Positions 1 through 10,484 are shown, counted from the first letter of the stretch. The stretch is 64,000 bases of DNA from a bacterium (GCA_046757165.1 JBHHXT010000002.1:40928-104927), one strand, 5' to 3'. The notes: generated from the letters alone by a model not told the origin. A program made the numbers and translations.

Positions 1-120
1 GGGCATCGCCATCCGCCCACTCTGGACGAGACCCCTGTCGACCGAAAAAGAAAAATCATCGGCGTTTTGACGATGATTGTTTTCTTTCTTTCATTTACAC
101 CGGAACCTTTCAAGTTCTGA
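1..120 (+). CDS. C-terminal fragment of a site-2 protease (peptidase M50) family membrane protein (partial at window edge)
   Basis: Frame 1 reads GHRHPPTLDETPVDRKRKIIGVLTMIVFFLSFTPEPFKF*; HPP.LD...R..IG..hydrophobic..F.P.P is the typical M50 C-terminus. Confidence 0.7.
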   Translation, partial: GHRHPPTLDETPVDRKRKIIGVLTMIVFFLSFTPEPFKF

Positions 121-159
121 GCATTATACTTAGTACTTAATATATTCCTGACAAGAGTG

Positions 160-188
160 TTGGATATGTCTGCGGGGGTTCTTATATT
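160..188 (+). promoter_or_regulatory. sigma70-type promoter
   Basis: TTGGAT-17-TATATT upstream of the 239 start. Confidence 0.5.
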
Positions 189-238
189 CGCTAAACGTTG
201 ACCGCCCCTGCTTCTAGAGAGATTACCACTAGAGAGAG

Positions 239-1231
239 ATGACCATGAACTTCGAATTTCCGGATTCCGTTGAGCTCGCAAAGCTGCCGACACCGATCGA
301 TTTGCTAGAACGACTTTCCAACAGTTTGGAGGGTCCCAGGATTTATGTGAAGCGTGACGATGAAACCGGAATTGCAGTCACCGGCAACAAAGTCAGAAAA
401 CTCGAATTCTTGCTGGCTGAGGCACTCGCGCGGGGATGCGACACCGTGATTACGTGCGGTGGCTATCAATCCAATCACGCCAGAACAACCGCCGTGGTGG
501 CCGCGAGATTGGGTCTAAAATGCCACCTGGTGTTGAGAAATGGCCTGAGTGCATCCATGGACGGCAATCTTTTTATCGACCGGTTGGTAGGCGCAGAGAT
601 ACAGTATGTGTCACCGGAAGAATACATGCGAATCGATGATGTGATGCAACAGGTCGCAAGAGATGTAAAGTCGAGTGGCAACAAATCTTACATCATCCCC
701 GAAGGCGGGTCAAACGAAATCGGCGCGCTCGGATACTTGAAAGCCGCCAGGGAGATCGCCGAGCAATTGCGCGCGATGAAACTGAAGATACACCACATCA
801 TTGTGCCGCTCGGGTCGGGTGGGACACAAGCCGGGCTGCTGCTGGGCAAGTACTTGTTTGATTTGCCCGCACGGATACATGGTATCAATGTGTGTGATGA
901 CAAGGCCTACTTCGTCAGCAAAATACACAAACTGCTGCAACGGATAGAGCGGCGCTTTAATATGGATATTCAGATTGGCAAGGAAGAGATTCGTGTTATC
1001 GATGGCTACGTCGGGAAAGGCTACGGCTTGAGCAGTCAGGAGGAGATCGATCTCATCAAGCAAATAGCCAAAATGGAAGGGGTCATTTTGGATCCGGTGT
1101 ACACGGGAAAAGCCATGTTTGGCTTGTTGGACCAGGTGAAGAAAGGGGGATTCACAGCGGACGAGAACATTTTGTTCATCCATACTGGCGGCATTTTCGG
1201 ACTTTTTCCAAAGAGAACCTTGTTTTTTTAG
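239..1231 (+). CDS. dcyD: D-cysteine desulfhydrase (PLP-dependent, ACC deaminase family)
   Basis: GNKVRKLEF PLP-lysine motif, QSNHAR, GSGGT; LDPVYTGK and HTGG match desulfhydrases rather than ACC deaminase (YEGK/HLGG). Confidence 0.85.
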   Translation: MTMNFEFPDSVELAKLPTPIDLLERLSNSLEGPRIYVKRDDETGIAVTGNKVRKLEFLLAEALARGCDTVITCGGYQSNHARTTAVVAARLGLKCHLVLRNGLSASMDGNLFIDRLVGAEIQYVSPEEYMRIDDVMQQVARDVKSSGNKSYIIPEGGSNEIGALGYLKAAREIAEQLRAMKLKIHHIIVPLGSGGTQAGLLLGKYLFDLPARIHGINVCDDKAYFVSKIHKLLQRIERRFNMDIQIGKEEIRVIDGYVGKGYGLSSQEEIDLIKQIAKMEGVILDPVYTGKAMFGLLDQVKKGGFTADENILFIHTGGIFGLFPKRTLFF

Positions 1232-1295
1232 CCTGGATCATTCCTGACGCTCTTGGCCTAAACCTTGCGAACTCTGTGTCCAGTTCCGGCTTGGG

Positions 1296-2030
1296 CTAAA
1301 TCAAGAGCCTCCCACCATCCACAGCGATCACCTCCCCCGTAATGTAGTCGCTTCCCTGGATCAGAAAAAGAATCGTGCTGAGGACATCCCGGGGCGAGCC
1401 GATTCTTTTCAGCAGAGTCGCCTGCCGGATGGCCTCTTTGTCGGCCTGCGAGGCATTCTCTGCCATGAGGACCGTACCTGAGGCCACGGCGTTGACTTGA
1501 ATCTGAGGCGCCAACGCCTTCGCCAGCCCCTTCGTTATCGCAATCAAACCGGCCTTGGTTGTGCAATAGGGAATGAAATCTGGCCAGGGCAAGATTCCTG
1601 CAACGTCGGTGATGTTGATGATCTTGCCAGCGTTTTGCTCGAGCATGTGCCGCGCCGCCAACGTGGCACAGAAGTACGCCGCCTTCAGATTGACCGCGAA
1701 CAACTCATCCCACTGCTCTTCGGTTGTGTCCAACACCGGTGTCTTGAAATAGAGGGCCGCATTGTTGATCAGAACGTCGATTCGCTTGAATTCTTCATAA
1801 CACGCCTCCAGAACACGTTCGATCTGATGAAAGTGTGAGAGGTCGCCCTGAATCAGAAACGCCTCCTGGCCGGCGGCGCGAATCCTGGCCAGGGTCTCAT
1901 GCGCGCCATCTGCTGACTGGTTGTAATGGATGGCGACTTTGGCGCCCTTCTTTGCCAGCCCCAGTGAAATGGCCTGACCGACACGATGGGCACCCCCCGT
2001 GACCAGCACAACCTTCCCGCTAAGATCCAT
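1296..2030 (-). CDS. SDR oxidoreductase, pteridine reductase (FolM/PTR1)-like
   Basis: TGGAHRVG (Arg typical of pteridine reductases), NNA, INITD, YCTTK catalytic motif. Confidence 0.8.
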   Translation of the reverse strand: MDLSGKVVLVTGGAHRVGQAISLGLAKKGAKVAIHYNQSADGAHETLARIRAAGQEAFLIQGDLSHFHQIERVLEACYEEFKRIDVLINNAALYFKTPVLDTTEEQWDELFAVNLKAAYFCATLAARHMLEQNAGKIINITDVAGILPWPDFIPYCTTKAGLIAITKGLAKALAPQIQVNAVASGTVLMAENASQADKEAIRQATLLKRIGSPRDVLSTILFLIQGSDYITGEVIAVDGGRLLI

Positions 2031-2038
2031 TCACCGCC

Positions 2039-2356
2039 TCAAGTCAGCCCGTTTGTTTGCAAGGTGTCTCCGGCGGCGTATTCGATCTCCAGGACAGTGT
2101 TCTTCAGCCGGTTGGCCAGGTCCTTTCTATCATCGACCAGGATGTTGGTCACAACACGGTCGGCGAAGTTTCTTATCTCATCATGGCATTTTTTGATCAG
2201 CGCCATGACCTCGTCCCACTCCCCTTCAATGATGGTTCCCATAGAAGTCAACTGATAGTGCAGCTCACTTTTATCGATGATTCCGGCAACCCTGGCCTGC
2301 AGCTCCTTTGTTTCCTCGCCTGTGCCGACAGGCGTTACGGAGACCTGAACAAGCAT
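2039..2356 (-). CDS. MTH1187/thiamine-binding family protein
   Basis: SVTPVG...IDKSEL.YQLTSMGTIIEGEWDEVM...CH...RV.T.I.VDDR.D pattern. Confidence 0.85.
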   Translation of the reverse strand: MLVQVSVTPVGTGEETKELQARVAGIIDKSELHYQLTSMGTIIEGEWDEVMALIKKCHDEIRNFADRVVTNILVDDRKDLANRLKNTVLEIEYAAGDTLQTNGLT

Positions 2357-2410
2357 TTCAAAATCCTTATATAAGTTACTAAAATTAATACCATTTAGGC
2401 AACGAGCGAA

Positions 2411-2438
2411 AATATATGAAAAATTGTGAGAATGTCAA
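2411..2438 (-). promoter_or_regulatory. sigma70-type promoter of the MTH1187-SDR unit
   Basis: TTGACA-16-TATATT on the minus strand, divergent from the 2471 promoter. Confidence 0.55.
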
Positions 2439-2470
2439 GCCAAAAAATCGTCACGCCAGCAATTAAAATA

Positions 2471-2499
2471 TTGACATTCCACGGACGAATTTATATATT
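2471..2499 (+). promoter_or_regulatory. sigma70-type promoter
   Basis: TTGACA-17-TATATT. Confidence 0.7.
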
Positions 2500-2734
2500 G
2501 TTTTTTCGTCTACCTGTCGAAATTCCGGTTTGTCGTGATGGTGAGGAGGGGAAATGAATCCGAGACATCAGTTGCAGCGGCGAAGTCAACGACTCTTGTC
2601 AACGGAGGTGTCACCGCAGTCGTTCTGGCTGAATTCCGGCACCGGAACATAAGATCATTCAACATGAGACTCAGTGTGCGTGAAAGAGTTCGACTCTTTG
2701 TTCGATCAAAGGCAGCAACCTGGCTGGGCAGCGG

Positions 2735-3460
2735 GTGAGGAAGGATGCGATATACGACTACTGGCATGAATCACGCGGATTTCCGCATAGCGTAGTTCTT
2801 GTAACACCGCTTTGGATTCTCTATGAAGTTACAGCCTTCCGCTTGAACCACGGCCTGGACGGAAGCCTGAGGACCGGCGTCGATTACCTGATCCGAATAT
2901 GCTGGAGTGAGTTGAGGCTACCGCTGGAGCTCTCCGTTTGTTTGCCTGCCAGTTTTCTTTTGCTCTTTTTTTCCAGGAAAACCAACAGAACAAAAATCGT
3001 AACCGTGAGGCCGGTGTTTTTTGCTGTGATGGTTCTGGAAAGTCTGTTTCACGCTGCTGTCTTTGGATGGGTTGTTGGGACTGCCATGAACCTGTTTTTG
3101 ACGCAAACGTCAATTCATGTCAATTCATCCAACGTGGCAGCGCTGGTCATCAATCTGGGCTCCGGTGTATTTGAAGAGTTGGTCTTTCGGGTGCTCTTGC
3201 TGGTATCGGTGGTCTACTTGCTCAGGAGCATCACAAACAGAAGGACACTCATTTATGTCGTTGCGGTTGCTCTTAGTTCCGTGTTGTTTTCTCTGTTTCA
3301 CTATCTGGAGATTTTCAAGGAAGTCTTCGAGTGGCGTTCCTTCTTTTTCCGTTGTCTGGCGGGCGCAGCATTTTCGATTCTGTTCATTTTGCGAGGCTAT
3401 GGTATCACGGCCTACGTACATTCTTTTTATAATGTATTTCTCATGTTCAGGGCAAGTTGA
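2735..3460 (+). CDS. CPBP (CAAX/Abi) family intramembrane glutamic endopeptidase
   Basis: EELVFR, FSLFHY and HSFYN motifs; multiple TM helices. Confidence 0.8.
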   Translation: MRKDAIYDYWHESRGFPHSVVLVTPLWILYEVTAFRLNHGLDGSLRTGVDYLIRICWSELRLPLELSVCLPASFLLLFFSRKTNRTKIVTVRPVFFAVMVLESLFHAAVFGWVVGTAMNLFLTQTSIHVNSSNVAALVINLGSGVFEELVFRVLLLVSVVYLLRSITNRRTLIYVVAVALSSVLFSLFHYLEIFKEVFEWRSFFFRCLAGAAFSILFILRGYGITAYVHSFYNVFLMFRAS

Positions 3461-3469
3461 TCCCGAGCC

Positions 3470-4504
3470 ATGACCGGACGAACTTCACGCATGCTCCTGC
3501 TCGGGGGCGTTTTGAGCATTCTACTTGTGCTTTTTGGATGGATTCTTTTTTCCCCGGTCGTCACGGGCGATGAGCAAACCAGGCATGCTGTCGAGATTCA
3601 GCGCGGGTTGTCATTCGATCGTATTATGCAATTACTCAGGATTGAAGACATCATCCAACACGATTTCAAGCCGCGGTTCGTCGCTCGCGTCCTCGGGCTA
3701 CGTTCCAAACTGAAAGCCGGCAGGTACGAGCTCGAGGGGGGGCTTTCAAGTTATCGATTGCTGCGCAAATTGGTGGCGGGTGAGGTAACCAACATCACCG
3801 TCACGATTCCTGAAGGGTTGCAATCGCGTCAAATCGCTGCGCTGCTGGCAAAGGAGGTGGGGTTGGATTCTGCAAGTTTTGTGGCTCTCGTCAATGATGT
3901 GGAATTTACCAGCCAGCTCGGGGTCCAGGCCACGAGTTTGGAGGGGTTCTTGTTCCCGAACACGTATCGGTTGCCCTTCGGAATAACGCCGCAGCGCGTG
4001 ATTCGTCTCCTGGTGCACGAATTTCACAGACAGTTTAACGATTCCCTGCGCTCCCGTGCGCTGCAAGGCAAGTACTCTTTGCTGGAGCTTGTCACGCTGG
4101 CTTCCATTATTGAAGGCGAAGCAGTGATAGACTCCGAGCGCCCGATAATTTCCGCGGTCTATCGAAACAGGTTGAGGAGAGGCATGCGGCTTCAGGCCGA
4201 CCCGACGATTCAGTACATTGTCAACGACGGCCCCCGGCGGTTGCTCAAGAAAGACCTGGCGATAGATTCACCGTACAACACGTACAAGTATTCAGGCTTG
4301 CCTCCCGGGCCTATCAACAACCCGGGGCTGGCTTCCCTGATGGCAAGCTTCAATCCAGCAAAGGTCGGGTACCTTTATTTTGTCGCCAACGGCGATGGTT
4401 CGCATACATTTTCTAAAACCCTGACAGAGCATCTGCGTGCCAAGGCCAAATTTGACCGTTATCGGCGTGATGTCAGCAGAGCGAAACGGGGCAAAAAGCG
4501 ATAA
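3470..4504 (+). CDS. mltG: Endolytic transglycosylase MltG
   Basis: N-terminal TM, VTIPEG, LEGFLFPNTY, ASIIEGEA, LQADPT, SPYNTY..GLPPGPI. Confidence 0.95.
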   Translation: MTGRTSRMLLLGGVLSILLVLFGWILFSPVVTGDEQTRHAVEIQRGLSFDRIMQLLRIEDIIQHDFKPRFVARVLGLRSKLKAGRYELEGGLSSYRLLRKLVAGEVTNITVTIPEGLQSRQIAALLAKEVGLDSASFVALVNDVEFTSQLGVQATSLEGFLFPNTYRLPFGITPQRVIRLLVHEFHRQFNDSLRSRALQGKYSLLELVTLASIIEGEAVIDSERPIISAVYRNRLRRGMRLQADPTIQYIVNDGPRRLLKKDLAIDSPYNTYKYSGLPPGPINNPGLASLMASFNPAKVGYLYFVANGDGSHTFSKTLTEHLRAKAKFDRYRRDVSRAKRGKKR

Positions 4505-4507
4505 CTC

Positions 4508-6724
4508 ATGAGGAAGTCGATGGAGGAGGGAAAGCGTCACTTGTTAGACGACCTGAACGGCGTGCAGCGTGCCGCGGTTCAGCATATTGACGGCCCGGTG
4601 CTGATCCATGCCGGCGCCGGCAGCGGCAAAACGCGCGTCTTGACCTATCGCGTGGTCCATCTGATTGAAAATGTGGGGGTGAAGCCGTGGGAAATTCTGG
4701 CTGTGACCTTCACCAACAAGGCCGCCAGTGAGATGAAACAACGCATTCTCGACCTCTCGAGTGGCTTCGGCAAAGAGATCTGGATTGGGACCTTCCACTC
4801 TGTCTGTGCCAGGATTCTGAGAAGGGAAGGCGATAAACTCGGGTACGGCAGGAATTTCTTGATCTTCGACCGTGACGACCAGATGCGATTTATCAAGTAT
4901 GTGATGAAGGAATATTATATTTCTGAGAAACAATATTCCCCTGAGACCATCCTGTCCTGTATCAATGGGGCCAAAAGCACCTTCGTGACCCCGAGCCAGT
5001 ACGAGTCAATCGCCAGAGCCCCTTTTGAAAAGACAGCAGCCCTGGTCTATTCCCAATATCAGAGGCTGATGAAAGAGAACAACACCATGGATTTTGACGA
5101 CTTGCTGGTCAACACCATCCTGGTGTTTCAAAAGCAGCCCGAGGTATTGGAGCACTATCAAAACAAGTTCAAGCACGTCCTGGTGGATGAATATCAGGAC
5201 ACCAACCATACGCAGTACTTACTACTCAACAAACTGGCCGCAAAACATAAGAATTTGTGCGTCGTCGGAGATGATGACCAATCCATCTATCGTTGGCGGG
5301 GTGCTGACATCAAGAACATCTTGAACATTGAAAAGGACTATCCGGGTTGCAAAGTTTATCGCCTGGAGCAAAACTATCGTTCGACCAAGCATATCTTGCA
5401 CGTCGCCAACTCTGTGGTGCAAAAGAATCTACAGAGAAGAGAGAAGGCACTCTGGACCGACAACCAGAATGGGGAGAAGGTCACTCTGGTTGACCTGGAT
5501 GATCATATTTCTGAAGCGCTTTATATCGTCACGTCTATCAAGGATGAGCTTCATCGAAATACACGCAATTTCAACCATTTCGTTGTCTTGTACCGAACAA
5601 ACGCACAGTCGAGAGTTATCGAAGAGACGTTGCGGACCGCGGGAATTCCGTATGTCATTGTCGGAGGCGTGCGCTTCTATGAGCGCAAGGAGATTAAAGA
5701 CGTGTTGGCCTACCTCCGCCTGGTCTGCAACCCGAAAGATTCCATTAGCTTCAAACGCGTTGTCAATTTGCCACTGAGAGGAATTGGGGAGTCATCGGTG
5801 AATCGACTGGCTGCGTACGCGAAGAAAGAAGGAGTTTCCCTGCTTGAAGCCGCCGGTCGCGTGGAAGAGATTACGACCATTGCTCCGCGCATCAGAAAAA
5901 ACATTCTTGATTTCTATCGCCTGATCGACAAGTATGCGACGCTGAGAAGCGAATTCTCGCCCGGAGAATTGGCGCGTGCCGTGGTTGATGAGATCGGCAT
6001 TCTCAGAACGTTCAAAGAGATAGCAACCGAGAAATCTTTGGGCCGGGCAGAGAACGTTCGCGAGCTGCTTTCCGCCGTCGCTAACTATGCCAAGCGAAAC
6101 AAAACAAAGCGCCTGGAAGACTTCCTCGAGGAGGTCACCTTGATCTCGGATATTGATAGCTGGGATGACAGGTCAAACGCCATCACGTTGATGACCTTGC
6201 ATAGCGCGAAAGGACTCGAATTTCCGGTGGTCTACATCACGGGCCTGGAAGAGGGACTTTTCCCGCTGAGCCGCACCCTTACAAGCGATGACGAGCTGGA
6301 GGAAGAACGCCGCCTGTTCTACGTCGGCGCAACACGTGCGAAAGAAAAACTGTTCTTGACCTGGGCCGCGCGGCGATTGAAATTTGGCGAGTATTATCAA
6401 AATTTGCCGTCAAGGTTCCTCAAGGAAATCAACCATGATTTCCTCGTGCGCCACAATCTGACAAGCGGGGCTGAAACATCTGAACGGCAGCCCCGCAAGT
6501 CTACGCATGCCAGGGCGGCGGATGTGACATTGACCTACGATGACTTCTCCCGGGACTTACCACCATTGTATGTCGGCTGCGAAGTGAAACATCCGAGGTT
6601 TGGTATCGGTAAGGTCATCAGCAGACAGGGGGAGGGGGAAAATATGAAAATCACGGTGAAATTTTATCAGGCTGGCGAGAAGCGATTGCTGGTCAAGTAT
6701 GCCAACCTCGAGAGAACATATTAG
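4508..6724 (+). CDS. pcrA: ATP-dependent DNA helicase PcrA/UvrD
   Basis: AGAGSGKT, TFTNKAA, VDEYQDTN, VGDDDQSIY, QNYRST, HSAKGLEF, C-terminal Tudor-like HPRFG.G. Confidence 0.95.
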   Translation: MRKSMEEGKRHLLDDLNGVQRAAVQHIDGPVLIHAGAGSGKTRVLTYRVVHLIENVGVKPWEILAVTFTNKAASEMKQRILDLSSGFGKEIWIGTFHSVCARILRREGDKLGYGRNFLIFDRDDQMRFIKYVMKEYYISEKQYSPETILSCINGAKSTFVTPSQYESIARAPFEKTAALVYSQYQRLMKENNTMDFDDLLVNTILVFQKQPEVLEHYQNKFKHVLVDEYQDTNHTQYLLLNKLAAKHKNLCVVGDDDQSIYRWRGADIKNILNIEKDYPGCKVYRLEQNYRSTKHILHVANSVVQKNLQRREKALWTDNQNGEKVTLVDLDDHISEALYIVTSIKDELHRNTRNFNHFVVLYRTNAQSRVIEETLRTAGIPYVIVGGVRFYERKEIKDVLAYLRLVCNPKDSISFKRVVNLPLRGIGESSVNRLAAYAKKEGVSLLEAAGRVEEITTIAPRIRKNILDFYRLIDKYATLRSEFSPGELARAVVDEIGILRTFKEIATEKSLGRAENVRELLSAVANYAKRNKTKRLEDFLEEVTLISDIDSWDDRSNAITLMTLHSAKGLEFPVVYITGLEEGLFPLSRTLTSDDELEEERRLFYVGATRAKEKLFLTWAARRLKFGEYYQNLPSRFLKEINHDFLVRHNLTSGAETSERQPRKSTHARAADVTLTYDDFSRDLPPLYVGCEVKHPRFGIGKVISRQGEGENMKITVKFYQAGEKRLLVKYANLERTY

Positions 6725-6737
6725 TGTGGACGGACTC

Positions 6738-9700
6738 ATGGAAGCCATCAAGAACATCGTTTTCACCCTGCTTATCCTCAGCGCAGGCAATCCGAAGGCG
6801 GTCTGGACCCAAATAACGAACCCTGAAAGAGAATTTCTCTTTGCGCAGAAATTGTATGAAGACCAGCTATTTTCACTTGCAAGCCAGCAGTTTGAAGCGT
6901 TCGCAAATAGATTTCCGAACAGTGAGCATGCAGACGACGCGCTCTTCCTGAGCGGCGAATCATACTACGCAATTTCAGATTTCAACAATGGGTTTGAAGT
7001 GCTGAAAGAGCTGGAGCTGTCTTACCCGCAATCCACCTATCTGCCTCGGGCAAGATTTCTACTGGCACGGTGTCAACTGGGCTTGCAGGATTTTGCCGCC
7101 GCCGGTGAGCTGTTCAAGAGAGTGGCCTACTTTCATCCGCAAAGCGACGTGACCGCTGCTGCGCTCCTCGAGGCTGGCCGGGCGTTCAAGAGATCGAACG
7201 ATTTGCAGGCAGCCCTCACGGCGCTTGTGCAGCTCACCAGAGATTACCCTGATTCCCCACAAAGGATCGAAGCGGACCTCGAGATTGTCGACGCCTTCGT
7301 GGCGAACGGTGACTTGTCGGAAGCAGTGGCCCGAATCGATGGTATCCTGCGAGTATTCGGCCCGGATATCAAAGACCCGCGGGTCTATTGGATGCGGGGT
7401 CAGATATTCGAGAAATTAGGGCAAACCCAGGAGGCGGAAGCCATCTATCTGAAGCTCGCTCAGGACTTTGACACGAGCCCGCAGGCCCGTCTGGCGAATT
7501 ACCGCCTGGCAGAAATTTACCAGAAAAAAGGCGACTATGAAAGAGCGCTTCAGCAGTACGATCTCTTCTTGAGCGTCGAGACGGATGCCACACTGAAAGC
7601 CAGCGCGTATTTGAGAAAGGGCGATCTGCTTTTCGACACCCGGAACTATGAGGCGGCTCTGAGCCACTACCGGCAGGCCGACAGTCTCGGAGCAGCGAGC
7701 CATCGCCAGGAGATCTCGTTCAAGCGTGCGCAAGCTCTGCTGGCCTTGCATGATCTCGAGGCTGCCGCGACCACCCTGCAGGGCATGGTCGAGAACAGCG
7801 TCCGTGCTGCGGATGAACTTGAAGCGGAGAGGAGAGGCGACGACACGAGTGATTTTGTCGAAGCGGCCTATTGCGCCCTGATCGAAACACGGGTCGAATT
7901 GGGCCAGCCCCGGAGCGCTCTCAGGCGCATCAAAGAGTATGAGGTGAACTTCCCTGCCGGTAGCAAGCTCGAGTGGATGGCCTTTCAGACCGCGGCGATT
8001 CTCGAAGCAGAGCTGCATGATTTCACCCGAGCGCAACGCGCGTATGAGAGATTCATGGAGGTGTACCCGGGTAGCCCGATGGTCGATGAAGCCCAATTTG
8101 GTCTGGCGCAATGCTATCTCAGACTCAGGGAGTACAGGTTAGCTCAGCATGAATTCGATAAGTATCTCCGCCGTTATCCGGGTGGGGATACTTATGAGGC
8201 GGCCGCGGCCAGGCAAGAAATCATCGAAGAAACCGTCAACCCTGGCTCTGGCACTGAGCTGCGGGAGGTTTCGGTTTTGCTCGCTCAAATTGCACGCAAT
8301 GAAAAGCCGAGGAGTCTGGAGTTCGAGTTGGGAAAAATCTATCTAAAAACAAAAAATTATGAACAGGCAATCGCGACGTGCAAAGCGATTCTTGCCAACA
8401 ACGACAATGATGACATTCGGGCGGACGTCTACTACATCCTCGGCAAGTCCTATTTCCAGGCTGCCGAAAGAGCAAAATTACATGAGGATTCAGTGCTGAC
8501 CCGGACATATTATGATAGCGCTGCCATCAGCCTGAGGTTTGCCAGCGAAATCCTGCCGGACCATGCTGAGGCGGAAGAGTTGGCCTATCTTCAGGCGAGA
8601 GCAAGGCTGGCAACACAAGACAGCGCTGCGAGACAGGAGAGGTTGCAGCGATTGCTGGCATGGCCCTTGAAGTTTCCCGGGGGAAAACATCTCGACTTCG
8701 CCTGGTTAGAAATCGCCGAGCACCATTTCAGAACCGCCAACGAAAACGACACCACCGGACTTGATTCCGCCCGGATCTACTACGATCGCATCCTGAGCGA
8801 GAAGCCAACGAGCGCCCTGGCAGAGAAGGCGATGTTCGGCCGCGTGCTTTGTTCCAGCCGCCTGGAGGCCGATTCGGTTTCTCTGGCGCAAATTGACACG
8901 TTTACGGCGCACTACCCACGCAGCCATTTTGTGCCTCAGCTTCTGCTGGTGAGAGCAGAGATAAATCGTAGAGCAGGCGACCTGGCAGCCGCCCGCCGCG
9001 ACCTGGGCCGGGTGCATGCCGAGTATTTCTATTCGCCGCAGGCGCAAGAGGCAAAACGAAGACTAGCTGAGCTGGAATTCGAGGCCGGGGATTTTCGATC
9101 CGCGCTTGACCTTTACAATCGCATCGAGCTTGATCTGCTGGGAGCGGGACATGCTGCCCCCGACACGGATGCCGGCATCGTGCCATTCAGGCAGGCCATG
9201 GCGCTTGAAAGACTCGGACTTCATTCGCACGCCCTCAGACGCTACCTGAAGTTCATAGATAGGCAGCCGCAAAGTCCCGAGGCGGTGCAGGCGAGAATGG
9301 CGATCGCACGAATCGCAGAACAACAGGGCAATCTCACGTTTGCGATGCAGTTTTACGAACGGATTCTTGCCCAAAGCACGACGGACGACGACAAGTATGC
9401 CGCAAATATGGCCATCGGTGACCTGCTCTTTAAGCAAAGATCCTACCAGGACGCCCTCGCTCACTACACAGCGGCACGGGCTGCGACACTCGAGCCCGCC
9501 AGACAGAGACGAGCGGAAAGTCAGGTGATCCGGTGCAAATACAAGATGCGGCAATTTGCCGCCGCCGATGCGGATGTTAAACAGTTCAAAAAGAGATTTG
9601 AAGGCACGGCTCAGGAGGAGGCGCAGTTCTTGTTAGAAAAGGCCAACGCATACAAGACTAACAAGAACTTTGAGTTCGCGAGAAAGGCTTTCAAGAAGTT

Positions 9701-10484
9701 GAAAAAGGATTACAAGAACACGGAGTGGGCCGCTCAGGGAGAGTTCGGGCTTGGGGCCGTCGATTTGATCACCAATCACACCGAGGAGGCGCTCGAGATT
9801 CTTACGGATATCCCGTTACGCTATCCGGATAGTGCGGTGACTCCCCTGGCCTATTTCAACCTGGGGGACTTTTATTACAAATCGCAACAGGTCGAAAACG
9901 CGATTCATGCCTTCAAGAAGACGCTCGAGCATCAAAAAGCGGGCGAATACCATTCAAAGGCGCTGCTTTATTTGATCGATTGCTACCGTGATGCGAGTCT
10001 CTGGGATCAGGCCATTGCCAGGACACGCGAGTACTTGCGCAAATACCCGGAGTCGGAGCACGCGTTTCGCAAGAAGATCGATTTGGCGCAGCTCCTGATG
10101 AAAGTGAAAGAATACAACCGGGCGATAGACCAGCTCGAGTTGTTGCTCCCCTATGCCCCTGATGAGTTTGAGGCGGAGATTCAATTCTACATTGCGCAAT
10201 GTTACAAAGAGATGGGCGATTTCACGCGCGCGACCGCTGAATTTCTAAAAGTCAAATACTTGACCCAGCCGTCGAAGTTGCCATGGCACGTCACCGCGTT
10301 GTTCGAAACCGGCAGGTGTTTCTTGAAATTGAAAGAAGTCGAGCAAGCGAAGAAGATATTCCGGAGGATTGTGAGAGAGCAGGGGACCGGGAGCAATTTT
10401 GGCCGGTTCGCCGTCAAACAGTTGCAGGAGCTCGAAAGCAACCACACCGCCACTTCTTCCAACGGAGATCTTCCGCCACGGTAG
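6738..10484 (+). CDS. Very large secreted tetratricopeptide-repeat protein (BamD/CpoB-type repeats)
   Basis: Signal-peptide-like N-terminus from ATG 6738; many repeats ending in YP.S/FP.S; start chosen to avoid overlap with pcrA. Confidence 0.8.
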   Translation: MEAIKNIVFTLLILSAGNPKAVWTQITNPEREFLFAQKLYEDQLFSLASQQFEAFANRFPNSEHADDALFLSGESYYAISDFNNGFEVLKELELSYPQSTYLPRARFLLARCQLGLQDFAAAGELFKRVAYFHPQSDVTAAALLEAGRAFKRSNDLQAALTALVQLTRDYPDSPQRIEADLEIVDAFVANGDLSEAVARIDGILRVFGPDIKDPRVYWMRGQIFEKLGQTQEAEAIYLKLAQDFDTSPQARLANYRLAEIYQKKGDYERALQQYDLFLSVETDATLKASAYLRKGDLLFDTRNYEAALSHYRQADSLGAASHRQEISFKRAQALLALHDLEAAATTLQGMVENSVRAADELEAERRGDDTSDFVEAAYCALIETRVELGQPRSALRRIKEYEVNFPAGSKLEWMAFQTAAILEAELHDFTRAQRAYERFMEVYPGSPMVDEAQFGLAQCYLRLREYRLAQHEFDKYLRRYPGGDTYEAAAARQEIIEETVNPGSGTELREVSVLLAQIARNEKPRSLEFELGKIYLKTKNYEQAIATCKAILANNDNDDIRADVYYILGKSYFQAAERAKLHEDSVLTRTYYDSAAISLRFASEILPDHAEAEELAYLQARARLATQDSAARQERLQRLLAWPLKFPGGKHLDFAWLEIAEHHFRTANENDTTGLDSARIYYDRILSEKPTSALAEKAMFGRVLCSSRLEADSVSLAQIDTFTAHYPRSHFVPQLLLVRAEINRRAGDLAAARRDLGRVHAEYFYSPQAQEAKRRLAELEFEAGDFRSALDLYNRIELDLLGAGHAAPDTDAGIVPFRQAMALERLGLHSHALRRYLKFIDRQPQSPEAVQARMAIARIAEQQGNLTFAMQFYERILAQSTTDDDKYAANMAIGDLLFKQRSYQDALAHYTAARAATLEPARQRRAESQVIRCKYKMRQFAAADADVKQFKKRFEGTAQEEAQFLLEKANAYKTNKNFEFARKAFKKLKKDYKNTEWAAQGEFGLGAVDLITNHTEEALEILTDIPLRYPDSAVTPLAYFNLGDFYYKSQQVENAIHAFKKTLEHQKAGEYHSKALLYLIDCYRDASLWDQAIARTREYLRKYPESEHAFRKKIDLAQLLMKVKEYNRAIDQLELLLPYAPDEFEAEIQFYIAQCYKEMGDFTRATAEFLKVKYLTQPSKLPWHVTALFETGRCFLKLKEVEQAKKIFRRIVREQGTGSNFGRFAVKQLQELESNHTATSSNGDLPPR

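Noticed and set aside
239..1231. ACC deaminase call
   Set aside because: Diagnostic positions are Thr/Thr (PVYTGK, HTGG), not the Glu/Leu of true ACC deaminases
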